DNA of 37,258 nt from an uncultured Oscillospiraceae bacterium (GTDB lineage Bacteria > Bacillota > Clostridia > DSM-8532): positions 4,318-41,575 of the forward strand of contig CAZFWQ010000002.1 of assembly GCA_964522755.1 (NCBI GenBank), read 5' to 3'. This document shows, one piece after another, positions 1 to 9,819 of the stretch (the stretch's first letter is position 1; the number at the start of each line of letters is the position of its first letter). Below the pieces are notes generated by a model. That model had not been told where the DNA came from. It did no database searches and saw only the letters and a list, made by a program, of their open reading frames with translations. Position numbers and translations under genes: made by a program.

Positions 1-411
1 GAAGAACATTGCGAAAGGATACTCGGCCAAAAGGACAAGTAAAAATTTGGAGACGAATACGGACTCCTGCCTGACCGGCAGCGAAGCCAGGAATTCGCTG
101 TCCTTGGCCAGGAACAGGGCACTGATCAGATAAAAAAGGCCAAAGAACAGGATGATGGTACCACCTGCCACTGCGCCCATCGTCAGGACCATCTGCGGCG
201 CATGCAGTGTCTGGGCACCCTTGTAGACACTGAAGATGAAAAGGGAATACATGGCAAGCAGGATGCCGAATGTCAAGATCATGACCACGGCAAGGCCCAG
301 ACTTTTCCATGGAATTTTTTTTTCCGTCTTCCATTGCCTCAGGGCCGTCGAGATGCCGTATTGGGCATTGAACTGAAGCCTGAACAAAAGCAGCAGGTTA
401 CGCATGCTCAT
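1..411 (-). CDS. ABC exporter permease subunit (5' part only; gene runs off the left edge)
   Basis: Absent from the ORF track because it has no stop in the window. My reverse-strand translation from the ATG at 411-409 reads MSMRNLLLLFRLQFNAQYGISTALRQWKTEKKIPWKSLGLAVVMILTFGILLAMYSLFIFSVYKGAQ..., with hydrophobic TM-like runs. The start overlaps the stop of the upstream ABC ATPase by 14 nt, which suggests translational coupling. Confidence 0.6.
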   Translation of the reverse strand, partial: MSMRNLLLLFRLQFNAQYGISTALRQWKTEKKIPWKSLGLAVVMILTFGILLAMYSLFIFSVYKGAQTLHAPQMVLTMGAVAGGTIILFFGLFYLISALFLAKDSEFLASLPVRQESVFVSKFLLVLLAEYPFAMFF

Positions 412-1135
412 CACGCTTCTCTCCTGTCAGGTCAAGGAAAATGCTTTCGAGCGAAGCATCTCCTTTCTGACGCAGTTCATCAAGTGTGCCGACGGCGACG
501 ATTTTTCCCTTGTTGATGATTCCCAATCGGTGGCACAGCTTTTCCGCCACTTCCAGCACATGGGTTGAAAAAAAGACGGTATATCCTTTTGCGCAATGGG
601 CATTCATTTCTTCCTTCAACAGGTGGGCCGCTTTCGGATCCAATCCTGTCAGCGGCTCGTCCAGCAGCCATAGGGGGGGTTCATGCAGGAGTGCGCCCGT
701 GAGGATGATTTTCTGCTTCATGCCGTGGGAATAGCTTTTGATGGATTGTCCGGCTGCGTTTTTCATTTCAAACATCTCAAGGTACTTCTCGATATTGATT
801 TTTCTTTGGCTTGAGGGTACGTCGAAAACATCCGCGATGAAATTCAGGTATTCAATCCCCGTCAGCCTTTCATAGATGTCATGGGTGTCCGGAACGAACC
901 CCATGCTTCGCTTTGCATGAATCGGGTCTTTTTCAATGTCATGTCCTGAAATGGTGATTTTCCCCTGGTCGATCGGAAGAACGCCTGCGATCATCTTGAT
1001 GGTCGTTGTTTTTCCCGCGCCGTTGGGACCCAGAAAACCAAAGATTTCTCCGGGCTTCACCTCAATGGAAATGTCATCAACGGCTTTCACTTTTCCTTTT
1101 GAATAGCTTTTGGAAACATTTTTGATGGATAGCAT
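398..1135 (-). CDS. ABC transporter ATP-binding protein
   Basis: ORF track 398..1144. I prefer the ATG at 1135 (MLSIKNVSKSY...) downstream of GAGGTG. Motifs: Walker A GPNGAGKTT, signature-like YSHGMKQK, Walker B LWLLDEPLTGLD. Confidence 0.9.
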   Translation of the reverse strand: MLSIKNVSKSYSKGKVKAVDDISIEVKPGEIFGFLGPNGAGKTTTIKMIAGVLPIDQGKITISGHDIEKDPIHAKRSMGFVPDTHDIYERLTGIEYLNFIADVFDVPSSQRKINIEKYLEMFEMKNAAGQSIKSYSHGMKQKIILTGALLHEPPLWLLDEPLTGLDPKAAHLLKEEMNAHCAKGYTVFFSTHVLEVAEKLCHRLGIINKGKIVAVGTLDELRQKGDASLESIFLDLTGEKRDEHA

Positions 1136-1471
1136 CTGAGGCACCTCGCATCATCACGGTGAAATTCATGCCGTATCCCTGACGCGCAGAAAAACAGCTT
1201 ATGATGGTTTCCATGATATCATACTTGGTTTGTATTTCAGCAGTCTGAAGGGGTTTCAGATCGAAACGGGAAAAATGGCGTTGTTTGCGGTGGGTTGAGG
1301 AGGTTCCGCTTACCGGTGCTGCCTTTTGTACTCCTGCACGGATAGTCCCTCCAGAAAGAAACAGGATGCGATAGGAAAAACGCATTATCAATGATACGAT
1401 GGTGCAGGCGAGTGGGATGGGTGATGAAGGCCGGACCACCCACGCAAATTTCGCAGGCAGGAGAAACCGAA

Positions 1472-3781
1472 ATGATGAATTGTGTTGTACCCGTCACTTT
1501 CTGGAGCATGGGTAATCAAAGCCGTGATGAAACGGGGCCTGTACAATCCCAGGTGAAACAGCCGCGGGAGAATGCGGGCTGGATCCTGCCGTTTTCACAA
1601 GACGGCCGCTTCTACCGCGGAAGATTCCATCTTCCCGCGACAGGAACACTTGTCATGGAGTTTGCATCTCCCCGGCCTTTGAAAGTATGGTTTGACGATC
1701 TTTTGGTCATTGATGAAAATCTGTATCGCTATTCCTTCCAGCGGGAGGTTCGAGGAACCGCGCTCTATCCCTGCAAAACCGGTGAGCTGGAAATAACGGT
1801 GGAAGTGGGTCATCGCCCTGTACATCTGCCTTCCGTGGACGAACAGTGTCCCAGCCGGAACCGTGCAAAAGTGATGGACGCACTGGCACGGCAGTTCCCG
1901 GATAGGTTGGAGGTCAAGGCCCGGGTTGAACGGGATGTGACTTGTCCAGCGGCATCGCTGCGGTTTCTGCCCACGCAGTATGCCGAAGGAGGAGAGGTAT
2001 TCCAGCATATTTTGGCCAGGCTGGCTGATGATTCGATCTGCGAACCACCTTCCATTGATTTATGGTCAACGGCGGATCGGCCGATTGACGTTTTGACACT
2101 GCTGACCGAAACAGGAGAACCACTGCGGTGCAGCGCTTCACAACAGGAACAGCGAGTCAGCCTGCAGCGATTCTACTTGCCCGTTGGTACCGTGAATAAC
2201 CCGAAACAGCCACTTCGCACCGCTGCGACAGACATTCGTGTGGAACCGGTGCTGGAAACGGTGGGCAATATCACCATTGCGATTGCCGGGAAAGGAGGTG
2301 ATATCTCCCTGCTAGTCCCGGTTTATGAAAGACTGGGCCGCAACGCGCCCCAACGGGAGTATGACTCGATGCGCTGGCCGGAATATGACGCAGTAAAAGG
2401 TAAATTGCCGAAACCCGTAATGCCGGAAGGCATGAGGCATTTTACGGAGTTATACGATGAAGCCTGGCGGATGCTCTTCCGCCTGGTTCGCCACCCGTTG
2501 AAGGAAAGCGGCATTGTGCAGCCATACATTGCCACCGGCACGAATTTCACACACAGCCAGTTCGTATGGGACACATCCTTCACATCCATGTGTACCGCCT
2601 ATGCCTGCAGGGCCATGCCCGTCGACACCACCATGAACCTTTTATACGGTGGCCAATCCGATGGAGGCTACATTCACCGCCAGCGCGACACCCGGGACGG
2701 CATGCCCCTCCTGTACGAACCGGACTTCAGCCCCAATCCACCCATTCTTTCTGTCGCCGAGTGGGCCATGGCGTGCGTGACAGGAAACAAAGAGCGGCTC
2801 CGGCAGGTTTATCCGCTGCTGGTCGGCTGTCATCAGTGGCTGGAAGCCAACCGCCGCCTGCCGGATGGTACCTTTTGGACAACCGGGCTGGCAAATGGGT
2901 TGGACAATTCGCCTTCCCTGGGGGATGGATACCCTTGTCTGACCGCGCAAATGGCACATGATGCCGAAACCCTCGGTAAAATCGCGGACGCCATCGGCGA
3001 GGAAGAGGAAGCAAAACGCTGGTACTCGCGGTATCAGGAAATTGTCAACGTATTGAACGGGAACCTTTGGGATGAATCGATGGGATTCTACGCCACATCC
3101 CTTCCCGGTGGCGGATTCAACCGGAACAAGGTTGTCACGGGTTTCTGGCCCCTATGGGCGGGAGCTGTTCCAAAGGATCGGGTTGAATCGCTCGCACGGC
3201 ATTTGAAGGATCCCGAAAGTTTCTGGCGCCACCATCCCATTCCCAGTCTGGCGGCAGACTCTCCCCATTTTGTGCCAGGAGGTCAATACTGGCTCGGATC
3301 AGCCTGGGCACCCACGAATTACGCTGCCATCAAAGGGTTTGACAGAAGCGGCAGGCATGATTTGGCAGTGGAAACCACCATGCGGCATTTGCAGTGCATG
3401 TGGGAAGTGTATAAGGGTACAGGCTTCATTTGGGAAAATTACAGCAGCGAAGAATCCAAAAACGGCAGCTGGTCCATGCATGACTATTGCTGGTCTGCCT
3501 TGGGGCCGATTGCCCTGCTGATTGAAGTGCTCCTTGGCATCCAGGTGGATGCCCTTCACAACAGGGTCATTTGGACACCTCCGATGGAACAGGAAGCCGG
3601 TATTTCCGACCTGCCTGTCGGCCAGGCCACTGTGAGCTTGCTGCAGAAACAAACCGAAGGGAAATGGTTCATTGAAGTGAAAACGGATTATGAATTCACA
3701 TTGGAGATGTGCAATGGTGAAAACCGGATGCTTGTGCAGTGTGCGGTTGGCCATTCAGTGATGGAGGTACCACAATCATGA
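1472..3781 (+). CDS. Glycoside hydrolase, (alpha/alpha)6-barrel GH63/trehalase-like (MGH1-like) family, no signal peptide
   Basis: ORF 1391..3781. Preferred start is ATG 1472 (MMNCVVPV...), just after AGGAGA. The C-terminal half carries motifs I associate with GH63/GH37-like hydrolases (FVWDTSF, GLANGLDNSPSLGDGYP, WLGSAWAPTNY). The family call is from memory of motifs, not a search. Confidence 0.6.
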   Translation: MMNCVVPVTFWSMGNQSRDETGPVQSQVKQPRENAGWILPFSQDGRFYRGRFHLPATGTLVMEFASPRPLKVWFDDLLVIDENLYRYSFQREVRGTALYPCKTGELEITVEVGHRPVHLPSVDEQCPSRNRAKVMDALARQFPDRLEVKARVERDVTCPAASLRFLPTQYAEGGEVFQHILARLADDSICEPPSIDLWSTADRPIDVLTLLTETGEPLRCSASQQEQRVSLQRFYLPVGTVNNPKQPLRTAATDIRVEPVLETVGNITIAIAGKGGDISLLVPVYERLGRNAPQREYDSMRWPEYDAVKGKLPKPVMPEGMRHFTELYDEAWRMLFRLVRHPLKESGIVQPYIATGTNFTHSQFVWDTSFTSMCTAYACRAMPVDTTMNLLYGGQSDGGYIHRQRDTRDGMPLLYEPDFSPNPPILSVAEWAMACVTGNKERLRQVYPLLVGCHQWLEANRRLPDGTFWTTGLANGLDNSPSLGDGYPCLTAQMAHDAETLGKIADAIGEEEEAKRWYSRYQEIVNVLNGNLWDESMGFYATSLPGGGFNRNKVVTGFWPLWAGAVPKDRVESLARHLKDPESFWRHHPIPSLAADSPHFVPGGQYWLGSAWAPTNYAAIKGFDRSGRHDLAVETTMRHLQCMWEVYKGTGFIWENYSSEESKNGSWSMHDYCWSALGPIALLIEVLLGIQVDALHNRVIWTPPMEQEAGISDLPVGQATVSLLQKQTEGKWFIEVKTDYEFTLEMCNGENRMLVQCAVGHSVMEVPQS

Positions 3782-5868
3782 GAAAAACGCCTTTTCGTCA
3801 GATACACATGGATTTTCACACGTCACCGGACATCCCGGACATCGCCGGGGAATTCAATGGCGCCGCATTTGCCGGCATGCTGAAGGACGCCCATGTCGAA
3901 TCCATCAACCTGTTTGCGAAATGCCATCATGGATATTATTATTATCCGACCCGGCTGGGTACGGTTCATCCGAATCTCAAAATCAACCTGCTCAAGGAAC
4001 AACTGGATGCATGCAAGGCGGAAGGGATCACAACCCTGATTTACACCTGTGTCGGGTGGAGTGAAGACACGGCGAAAAACCATCCCGAGTGGCAGGAAGT
4101 CAGCATCGACGGGGTGATCGGCAGCCGGAAGCCATTCAGCCGCCCCTATTATACATGGCAGAAACTCTGCCTGAACAACCAGGCTTACCGTGCGTACATG
4201 AAAGCCGAATTCGATGAGCTCCATGAACTTTTCAATCCCCATGGACTTTGGATAGACATTATTTTTCAGAGCCAGTGCATCTGCCCGACCTGCCTGGCGG
4301 AAATGCGGGAAATGGGTCTGAACCCGGAAAACCTGATTGACAGGTACAGGCATGACCGTCTTGTTCAAATCAGCTACATGCAGGAAATGCACGATTATCT
4401 GAAAACGCTGAATCCCGCGATGGAAATCTATTTCAACGGTCATCCGTATGAAATGGATCTGGAAGATGACGAGGCCTATGCCACGGCAAAAAAACGGGCC
4501 TGCAGCACGTTCATCGATGTGGAGTCCCTTCCGTCCGAACTGTGGGGGTATGCCCACTTTCCCATTGCGGTGAACTATATCAACAAATATGATACGGACA
4601 TCACCATGATGAACGGCAAGTTCCACACATCCTGGGGAGATTTCGGGTCCCTGCGCAACAGGCTTGCCTTGGAATATGAATGTTTCCGGGCATTGGCCAA
4701 CGGTGCCGGCTGCTGTATCGGCGACCAGCTTCACCCATCCGGAAAAATGGATGCGACAGTATATAAGCGGATTGGCGAAGTGCTTGGCAAGGTGAAAAGC
4801 AAGGAGAAATGGTGCCGGGATACCCGGAAAATCGCCCAGATTGGCGTGTTCAACACACGCAGGTCCGGGATTTCGAACCCTGGCGATCATAACGCTGATT
4901 TGCCTGTCGAAGGCGCATACAGGATATTGACGGAATTGCATTACACATTCGACATCCTGAACCTGCAGGATGATTTGAGCGGCTATGATCTGCTGATACT
5001 GCCGGACAATGTTTTTCTAACCGAAAAGGCGGTCCGGAAAATCAACGAGTACCTGCAAGGGGGAGGCAAGCTGATTGCTTCGGCCTTGTCAGGCCTTGGC
5101 GGGAATGAACCAGGCCCTGACGGCTGCGGCTCAAGGTTTGGCAGCAACAAACCAGTCATGGATCGAATCAAGCCGGAGTTCATGCTGGATTGCCTTGGCA
5201 TATCCTACCTTGGCGAGGCGCAATACAATCCGCGATACATGAAAATAGAAAAATCGGCCTTTCCTGAAATTGAGGAAATGACCTATGTCACCTATGAACG
5301 GGGAGTTGATGTGGAAGCTTGGGAAGGTTCGGAGATACTGGCTCCTGTCGTGAACCCGTATTTCAACAGGGGGGAATTCCAGTTCTGTTCACACCGGCAG
5401 ACGCCTCCGTCAATGGCAAACGCACAAACACCTGCCATTGTCAGAAACGGGAATGCGGTTTACGTCGCCAATCCCATCTTCTCGGATTACGCAAAAAATC
5501 GCTGCAAGGTTTACAAGGAGATCGTTGCGGGCCTTTTCAGGCAATTGGGCGTGGAAGCCAGCATCCAGGCGGATGTTCCGTCCTTTGTGGAAATCACGAC
5601 GCGGTCCATGGACCAGTATGTGATCGTTCATCTGCTGAATTACATTATCGAACGGAAGTCGCGGACAATAGACACCATTGAGGAAATGATTCCCTTATTC
5701 AACCGGACCGTGTCCATCCGGTTGGAAAAGAAGCCCGTGAGCATATTCACGTTTGATTCTGAAAACGGAACAGAAACAGAACACCCCTTTGTCTGGGAAC
5801 ATGGCAGGGCCTCGGTTGTTTTGCCGGAAATCGGCGGCCATGTGATGCTTATTGTAGAAAGGGAATGA
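3778..5868 (+). CDS. GHL6-type putative glycoside hydrolase with beta-galactosidase-trimerisation-like (GH42M/GATase-like) middle domain
   Basis: ORF 3739..5868. Preferred start is ATG 3778 (MRKTPFRQIHMDFHTSPDIPDI...), which overlaps the upstream stop as ATGA. The N-terminus RQIHMDFHTS...FAKCHHGYYYYPT...HPEW matches my memory of Pfam GHL6 proteins. The YDLLILPDN...GGGKLIAS segment resembles a GH42M domain. Confidence 0.55.
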   Translation: MRKTPFRQIHMDFHTSPDIPDIAGEFNGAAFAGMLKDAHVESINLFAKCHHGYYYYPTRLGTVHPNLKINLLKEQLDACKAEGITTLIYTCVGWSEDTAKNHPEWQEVSIDGVIGSRKPFSRPYYTWQKLCLNNQAYRAYMKAEFDELHELFNPHGLWIDIIFQSQCICPTCLAEMREMGLNPENLIDRYRHDRLVQISYMQEMHDYLKTLNPAMEIYFNGHPYEMDLEDDEAYATAKKRACSTFIDVESLPSELWGYAHFPIAVNYINKYDTDITMMNGKFHTSWGDFGSLRNRLALEYECFRALANGAGCCIGDQLHPSGKMDATVYKRIGEVLGKVKSKEKWCRDTRKIAQIGVFNTRRSGISNPGDHNADLPVEGAYRILTELHYTFDILNLQDDLSGYDLLILPDNVFLTEKAVRKINEYLQGGGKLIASALSGLGGNEPGPDGCGSRFGSNKPVMDRIKPEFMLDCLGISYLGEAQYNPRYMKIEKSAFPEIEEMTYVTYERGVDVEAWEGSEILAPVVNPYFNRGEFQFCSHRQTPPSMANAQTPAIVRNGNAVYVANPIFSDYAKNRCKVYKEIVAGLFRQLGVEASIQADVPSFVEITTRSMDQYVIVHLLNYIIERKSRTIDTIEEMIPLFNRTVSIRLEKKPVSIFTFDSENGTETEHPFVWEHGRASVVLPEIGGHVMLIVERE

Positions 5869-6002
5869 CCATGGCACCTGGCGTGTTCATTTTTCGTTGG
5901 GTAAACCTTCCGATTTATGGGTAAAACAACCATAATACTTGCAGACGGAAGGTTCTGGGGATCCGATCGACAGGACTTGTGCCGACTCGGAAAGAGGCAG
6001 CC

Positions 6003-8633
6003 ATGAACATTCGCAAACGGTCAGGTCTCGAAGCGGCCTTTCAACCGGAAAAAATCAGAAACGCCATCCTTGCGGCCTTTGCCAGTATTGGCGGGATGTC
6101 AGGCAATAGCCGGGATTCAGAAGATTCCGACAGCAAGGCCGCCACAGATACCGACCCGCATGCCGATGACCGTCCCGTCGAAATGGCCGCTGCGATTACC
6201 GAAAGCATCGGCCGTGAAGCGGAATCCCGTTATTCCGCGGGGAACCTTCTCTCTGTCGAGGAGATACAGGACCTCGTGGAACAGGGCCTCATCGGGTTCC
6301 GGCAGCACAAGGCGGTACGGAGCTTCATCCTCTACCGCACGCGCCATGCGGAATACAGGGAGCAGCTGGCTAAATTCGCAGCGCGGCTGCCGGACCCGGC
6401 GAGTTCGTTGGGATTGAAATGCCTCTCTGCCATCCGGCGCGTGCAGCGGGAATATGACAATGCATTTTATCCGGTGGACCTTCTTCTTCGCAAATTCGAA
6501 TCCTTCATGAAACCTGTCATGTCCGAAATGGAGACGGTCAAGGCATTGACCCGTGCCGCTCTGGAACTTACCAGCAAGGAATCGCCCAAATGGGAGTATG
6601 TCGCCTCTGCGTTTCTTGATATCCAGCTTCGGGAAGACATGGGGCTTGAAATGACAAGGCTTGGCATTCATGACTTCATGGGCAAAATCCGCCACCTGAC
6701 GCGGGAAAACCTATATGGAGCCTATATATTGGAGAATTACTCGCAAGAAGACATTGATGAACTCAAAGCCGCGATGGCGGACAACCGGGATGATTTGCTG
6801 ACATACAGCAGCCTGGATTTGCTCATGCGGCGCTACCTCATCCATGATGCGGACAACCGCATTCTGGAAACGCCCCAGGAAATGTTCATGGGCATCGCAA
6901 TGCACCTCGCCATTCCGGAAGGGGAGAACCGGGTCGCATGGGCCAAGCGGTTCTACGACGTGCTAAGCGAGCTTAAGGCGACCATGGCCACGCCAACCAT
7001 GTCAAACGCCCGCAAGCCGTATCACCAGCTTTCGTCCTGCTTCATAGACACTGTGCCGGACGCACTGGACGGTATTTACCGCTCCATCTCCAATTTCGCG
7101 CAAGTTTCGAAATTCGGCGGCGGCATGGGGCTCTATTTTGGGAAAGTCCGTGCGGTCGGGTCGGATATCCGGGGTTTCAAAGGCGCGGCAGGCGGCGTGA
7201 TGCGATGGATCAGGCTGGCCAATGACACGGCTGTCGCGGTGGATCAGCTGGGCGTGAGGCAAGGCGCGGTGGCAGTCTATATGGATGCATGGCACCGGGA
7301 CCTTCCGGAGTTCCTTCAGATGAAGACGAACAACGGGGACGATAGGCTGAAGGCACATGACGTGTTTCCCGCGGTCTGCTATCCCGACCTGTTCTGGAGG
7401 TTGGCGCGCGACGATATGGATGCCGTCTGGCACCTGATGTGCCCGCATGAAATCCTGAGGGCGAAGGGATACTCGCTCGAGGACAGTTTCGGGGAAGAGT
7501 GGGAGCGGCGTTATCTCGAATGTGCCGCGGACCCCGCCATCTCCAAACGGGACTTGGCGGTGAGGGATGTGGTGCGGCTTATCATCAAATCTGTCGTGGA
7601 AACCGGCACACCCTTCGCGTTCAACCGCGACACGGTGAACAGGGCAAATCCGAATCCGCACCGGGGGATGATATACGCCTCCAACCTATGCACCGAGATT
7701 GCCCAGAACATGTCGGCCATCGAAAGCATTTCGCAGCATACGATGGACGTTGACGGGGATCCGGTTGTTGTAACGCAGACGAAGCCGGGCGATTTCGTGG
7801 TCTGCAACCTCGCCTCGCTTGTTCTCGGCAACCTTGGCCGTGCGCCGGACAATGGACTGGAAGCCGAACTGGAGACAGTGATTCCCGTCATTGTCCGCGC
7901 ACTCGACAATGTTATGGAACTCAATTATTATCCGGTTCCGTATGCGGGCATCACGAATCGCAGATACCGGCCGATAGGCCTTGGCACAAGCGGATATCAC
8001 CATTTGCTGGCGAAAAGGGGCATACGCTGGGAGTCGCCCGAACATCTGGCTTTTGCGGACGAATTGTATGAGCACATCAATCGGACGGCAATCCGTGCCA
8101 GCTGCGACCTGGCGGCGGAAAAGGGTTCCTATCCGTTGTTCACGGGTTCCGACTGGCAGACGGGCGCGTATTTCGACAAAAGAGGCTATCATACCCCCGA
8201 ATGGGAGGCCTTGCGGCGCGATGTGGCTGAAAAAGGGCTTCGCAACGGATACCTCATGGCCATCGCCCCGACGGGATCGACCAGCATCATAGCAGGCACG
8301 ACGGCGGCTGTGGATCCGATCATGAACCGGTACTACCTTGAGGAGAAAAAGGGCATGATTGTGCCGCGGGTCGCACCGGATCTGACGCCGGAGACGTTCT
8401 GGTTCTACAAGAATGCCCATGCCATTGACCAGGACTGGGTTGTCGACGCAGCGGCCGTTCGTCAGAAGCACATTGACCAGGCTCAATCCGTCAACCTGTT
8501 CATCACGCCGGACTTCACCCTGCGACAGGTGCTGTCCCTTTACATCCGGGCATGGGAAAAGGGCGTGAAGGCGATCTATTATGTGCGCAGCCAATCACTA
8601 CAGGTGGAAGATTGCGACGTATGCACGGCATGA
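6003..8633 (+). CDS. nrdA: Ribonucleoside-diphosphate reductase class Ia, alpha subunit (with N-terminal ATP-cone)
   Basis: ORF 5979..8633 (GTG). Preferred start is ATG 6003 after AAGAGG. ATP-cone: IRKRSGLEAAFQPEKIRNAI...EEIQDLVE...VRSFILYRTRH. Catalytic loop ASNLCTEIAQN. C-terminal redox pair CDVC. Confidence 0.92.
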   Translation: MNIRKRSGLEAAFQPEKIRNAILAAFASIGGMSGNSRDSEDSDSKAATDTDPHADDRPVEMAAAITESIGREAESRYSAGNLLSVEEIQDLVEQGLIGFRQHKAVRSFILYRTRHAEYREQLAKFAARLPDPASSLGLKCLSAIRRVQREYDNAFYPVDLLLRKFESFMKPVMSEMETVKALTRAALELTSKESPKWEYVASAFLDIQLREDMGLEMTRLGIHDFMGKIRHLTRENLYGAYILENYSQEDIDELKAAMADNRDDLLTYSSLDLLMRRYLIHDADNRILETPQEMFMGIAMHLAIPEGENRVAWAKRFYDVLSELKATMATPTMSNARKPYHQLSSCFIDTVPDALDGIYRSISNFAQVSKFGGGMGLYFGKVRAVGSDIRGFKGAAGGVMRWIRLANDTAVAVDQLGVRQGAVAVYMDAWHRDLPEFLQMKTNNGDDRLKAHDVFPAVCYPDLFWRLARDDMDAVWHLMCPHEILRAKGYSLEDSFGEEWERRYLECAADPAISKRDLAVRDVVRLIIKSVVETGTPFAFNRDTVNRANPNPHRGMIYASNLCTEIAQNMSAIESISQHTMDVDGDPVVVTQTKPGDFVVCNLASLVLGNLGRAPDNGLEAELETVIPVIVRALDNVMELNYYPVPYAGITNRRYRPIGLGTSGYHHLLAKRGIRWESPEHLAFADELYEHINRTAIRASCDLAAEKGSYPLFTGSDWQTGAYFDKRGYHTPEWEALRRDVAEKGLRNGYLMAIAPTGSTSIIAGTTAAVDPIMNRYYLEEKKGMIVPRVAPDLTPETFWFYKNAHAIDQDWVVDAAAVRQKHIDQAQSVNLFITPDFTLRQVLSLYIRAWEKGVKAIYYVRSQSLQVEDCDVCTA

Positions 8634-8736
8634 TGGGCAGCGTTTGGCCGCACGAACGAGTCACTGCTTCATGGATACGGGCACATGCAGCTGGTGTGAT
8701 CCCGCATCATGGGGGCAGTCACTGAAGGAGGCGTCG

Positions 8737-9816
8737 ATGGACACGTTTGCATACCCAGCCGGAAGCACTGCCGGGGATTCCCTGCGCAGGAAGCCCCTGT
8801 TCAACGAATCGGGTGATATCGACATCGGGAGCCGCCGCATGATCAACGGCAATACCACGAACCTGAACGACTTCAACAACATCAGATACAAATGGGTCAA
8901 TGACTGGTATCGGCAAGCCATGAACAACTTCTGGATTCCGGAAGAGGTCAACCTGACCCAGGACGTGAAGGAATACCGGCTTCTTGACAGGGAAGAGCGT
9001 ACGGCATATGACAAGATCCTTTCGTTCCTCATCTTCCTTGACAGTATTCAGACTGCGAACCTGCCCAACATCGGCGGATATGTCACGGCAAACGAAGTGA
9101 ACCTGTGCCTGGCCATTCATGCGTTCCAGGAGGCGGTCCATTCCCAGAGCTATGGCTATATGCTTGATACCATATGTTCTCCGGAAGAACGGCAGCGCGT
9201 ACTTTACCAGTGGAAAGACGATCCTGTCCTGCTGGCGCGCAACAAGTTCATCGGCAACCTGTATGAGGCATTCCTGTCCGGGCCTGATGCATTCAGTCTG
9301 GTTAAAAACATGGTTGCGAACTATATTCTGGAGGGAATCTACTTCTACTCCGGCTTCATGTTCTTCTACAACCTTGGCCGTCATGGGAAAATGCCGGGTT
9401 CCGTGCAGGTAATCCGATATATCAACCGCGATGAGAACACCCACCTGTGGCTTTTCCGTGAGATGATTCTGGAATTGCGCAAGGAGGAACCGGGCTTATT
9501 CACCGATGAAAGACTTACAGTGTATCGGGACATGGTGCGTGAAGGCGTGGAACAGGAAATCGCCTGGGGACGCCATGTCATCGGGGAGCGGATTTCAGGG
9601 CTCACCGGCGGCATGGCTGAAAGCTACATCCGCTATCTCGGGAATCTGCGCAGCGAAGGGCTCGGTTTGGGCATCCTGTTCCCGGAGCATCGACAGGAGC
9701 CCGCTTCCATGACTTGGGTGCGTGAATACGCCAGTGCCAATATGATGAAAACGGATTTCTTCGAGGCGAAACCTTCGGCCTACACAAAAGCGGGAGCCAT
9801 GCGGGATGACTTGTGA
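8737..9816 (+). CDS. nrdB: Ribonucleoside-diphosphate reductase class Ia, beta (radical-generating) subunit
   Basis: ORF 8581..9816. Preferred start is ATG 8737 (MDTFAYPAG...) after GAAGGAGG. Di-iron and tyrosyl motifs: FLDSIQ, FQEAVHSQSYGY, EGIYFYSGF, RDENTHL. Confidence 0.9.
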   Translation: MDTFAYPAGSTAGDSLRRKPLFNESGDIDIGSRRMINGNTTNLNDFNNIRYKWVNDWYRQAMNNFWIPEEVNLTQDVKEYRLLDREERTAYDKILSFLIFLDSIQTANLPNIGGYVTANEVNLCLAIHAFQEAVHSQSYGYMLDTICSPEERQRVLYQWKDDPVLLARNKFIGNLYEAFLSGPDAFSLVKNMVANYILEGIYFYSGFMFFYNLGRHGKMPGSVQVIRYINRDENTHLWLFREMILELRKEEPGLFTDERLTVYRDMVREGVEQEIAWGRHVIGERISGLTGGMAESYIRYLGNLRSEGLGLGILFPEHRQEPASMTWVREYASANMMKTDFFEAKPSAYTKAGAMRDDL

Positions 9817-9819
9817 TTT

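Noticed and set aside
3823-4941. Long antisense ORFs opposite well-supported genes. Examples: 3823..4941(-) 372 aa, 7686..8594(-) 302 aa, 8719..9444(-), 12692..13450(+), 13550..14545(+) 331 aa, 21020..21628(+), 28406..29176(-), 31380..32039(-) and 36622..37254(-).
   Set aside because: Their translations are Arg/Pro/Gly/His-rich with no recognisable motifs. They lie exactly opposite genes with strong family signatures. Stop-poor antisense frames are expected in GC-rich coding DNA.
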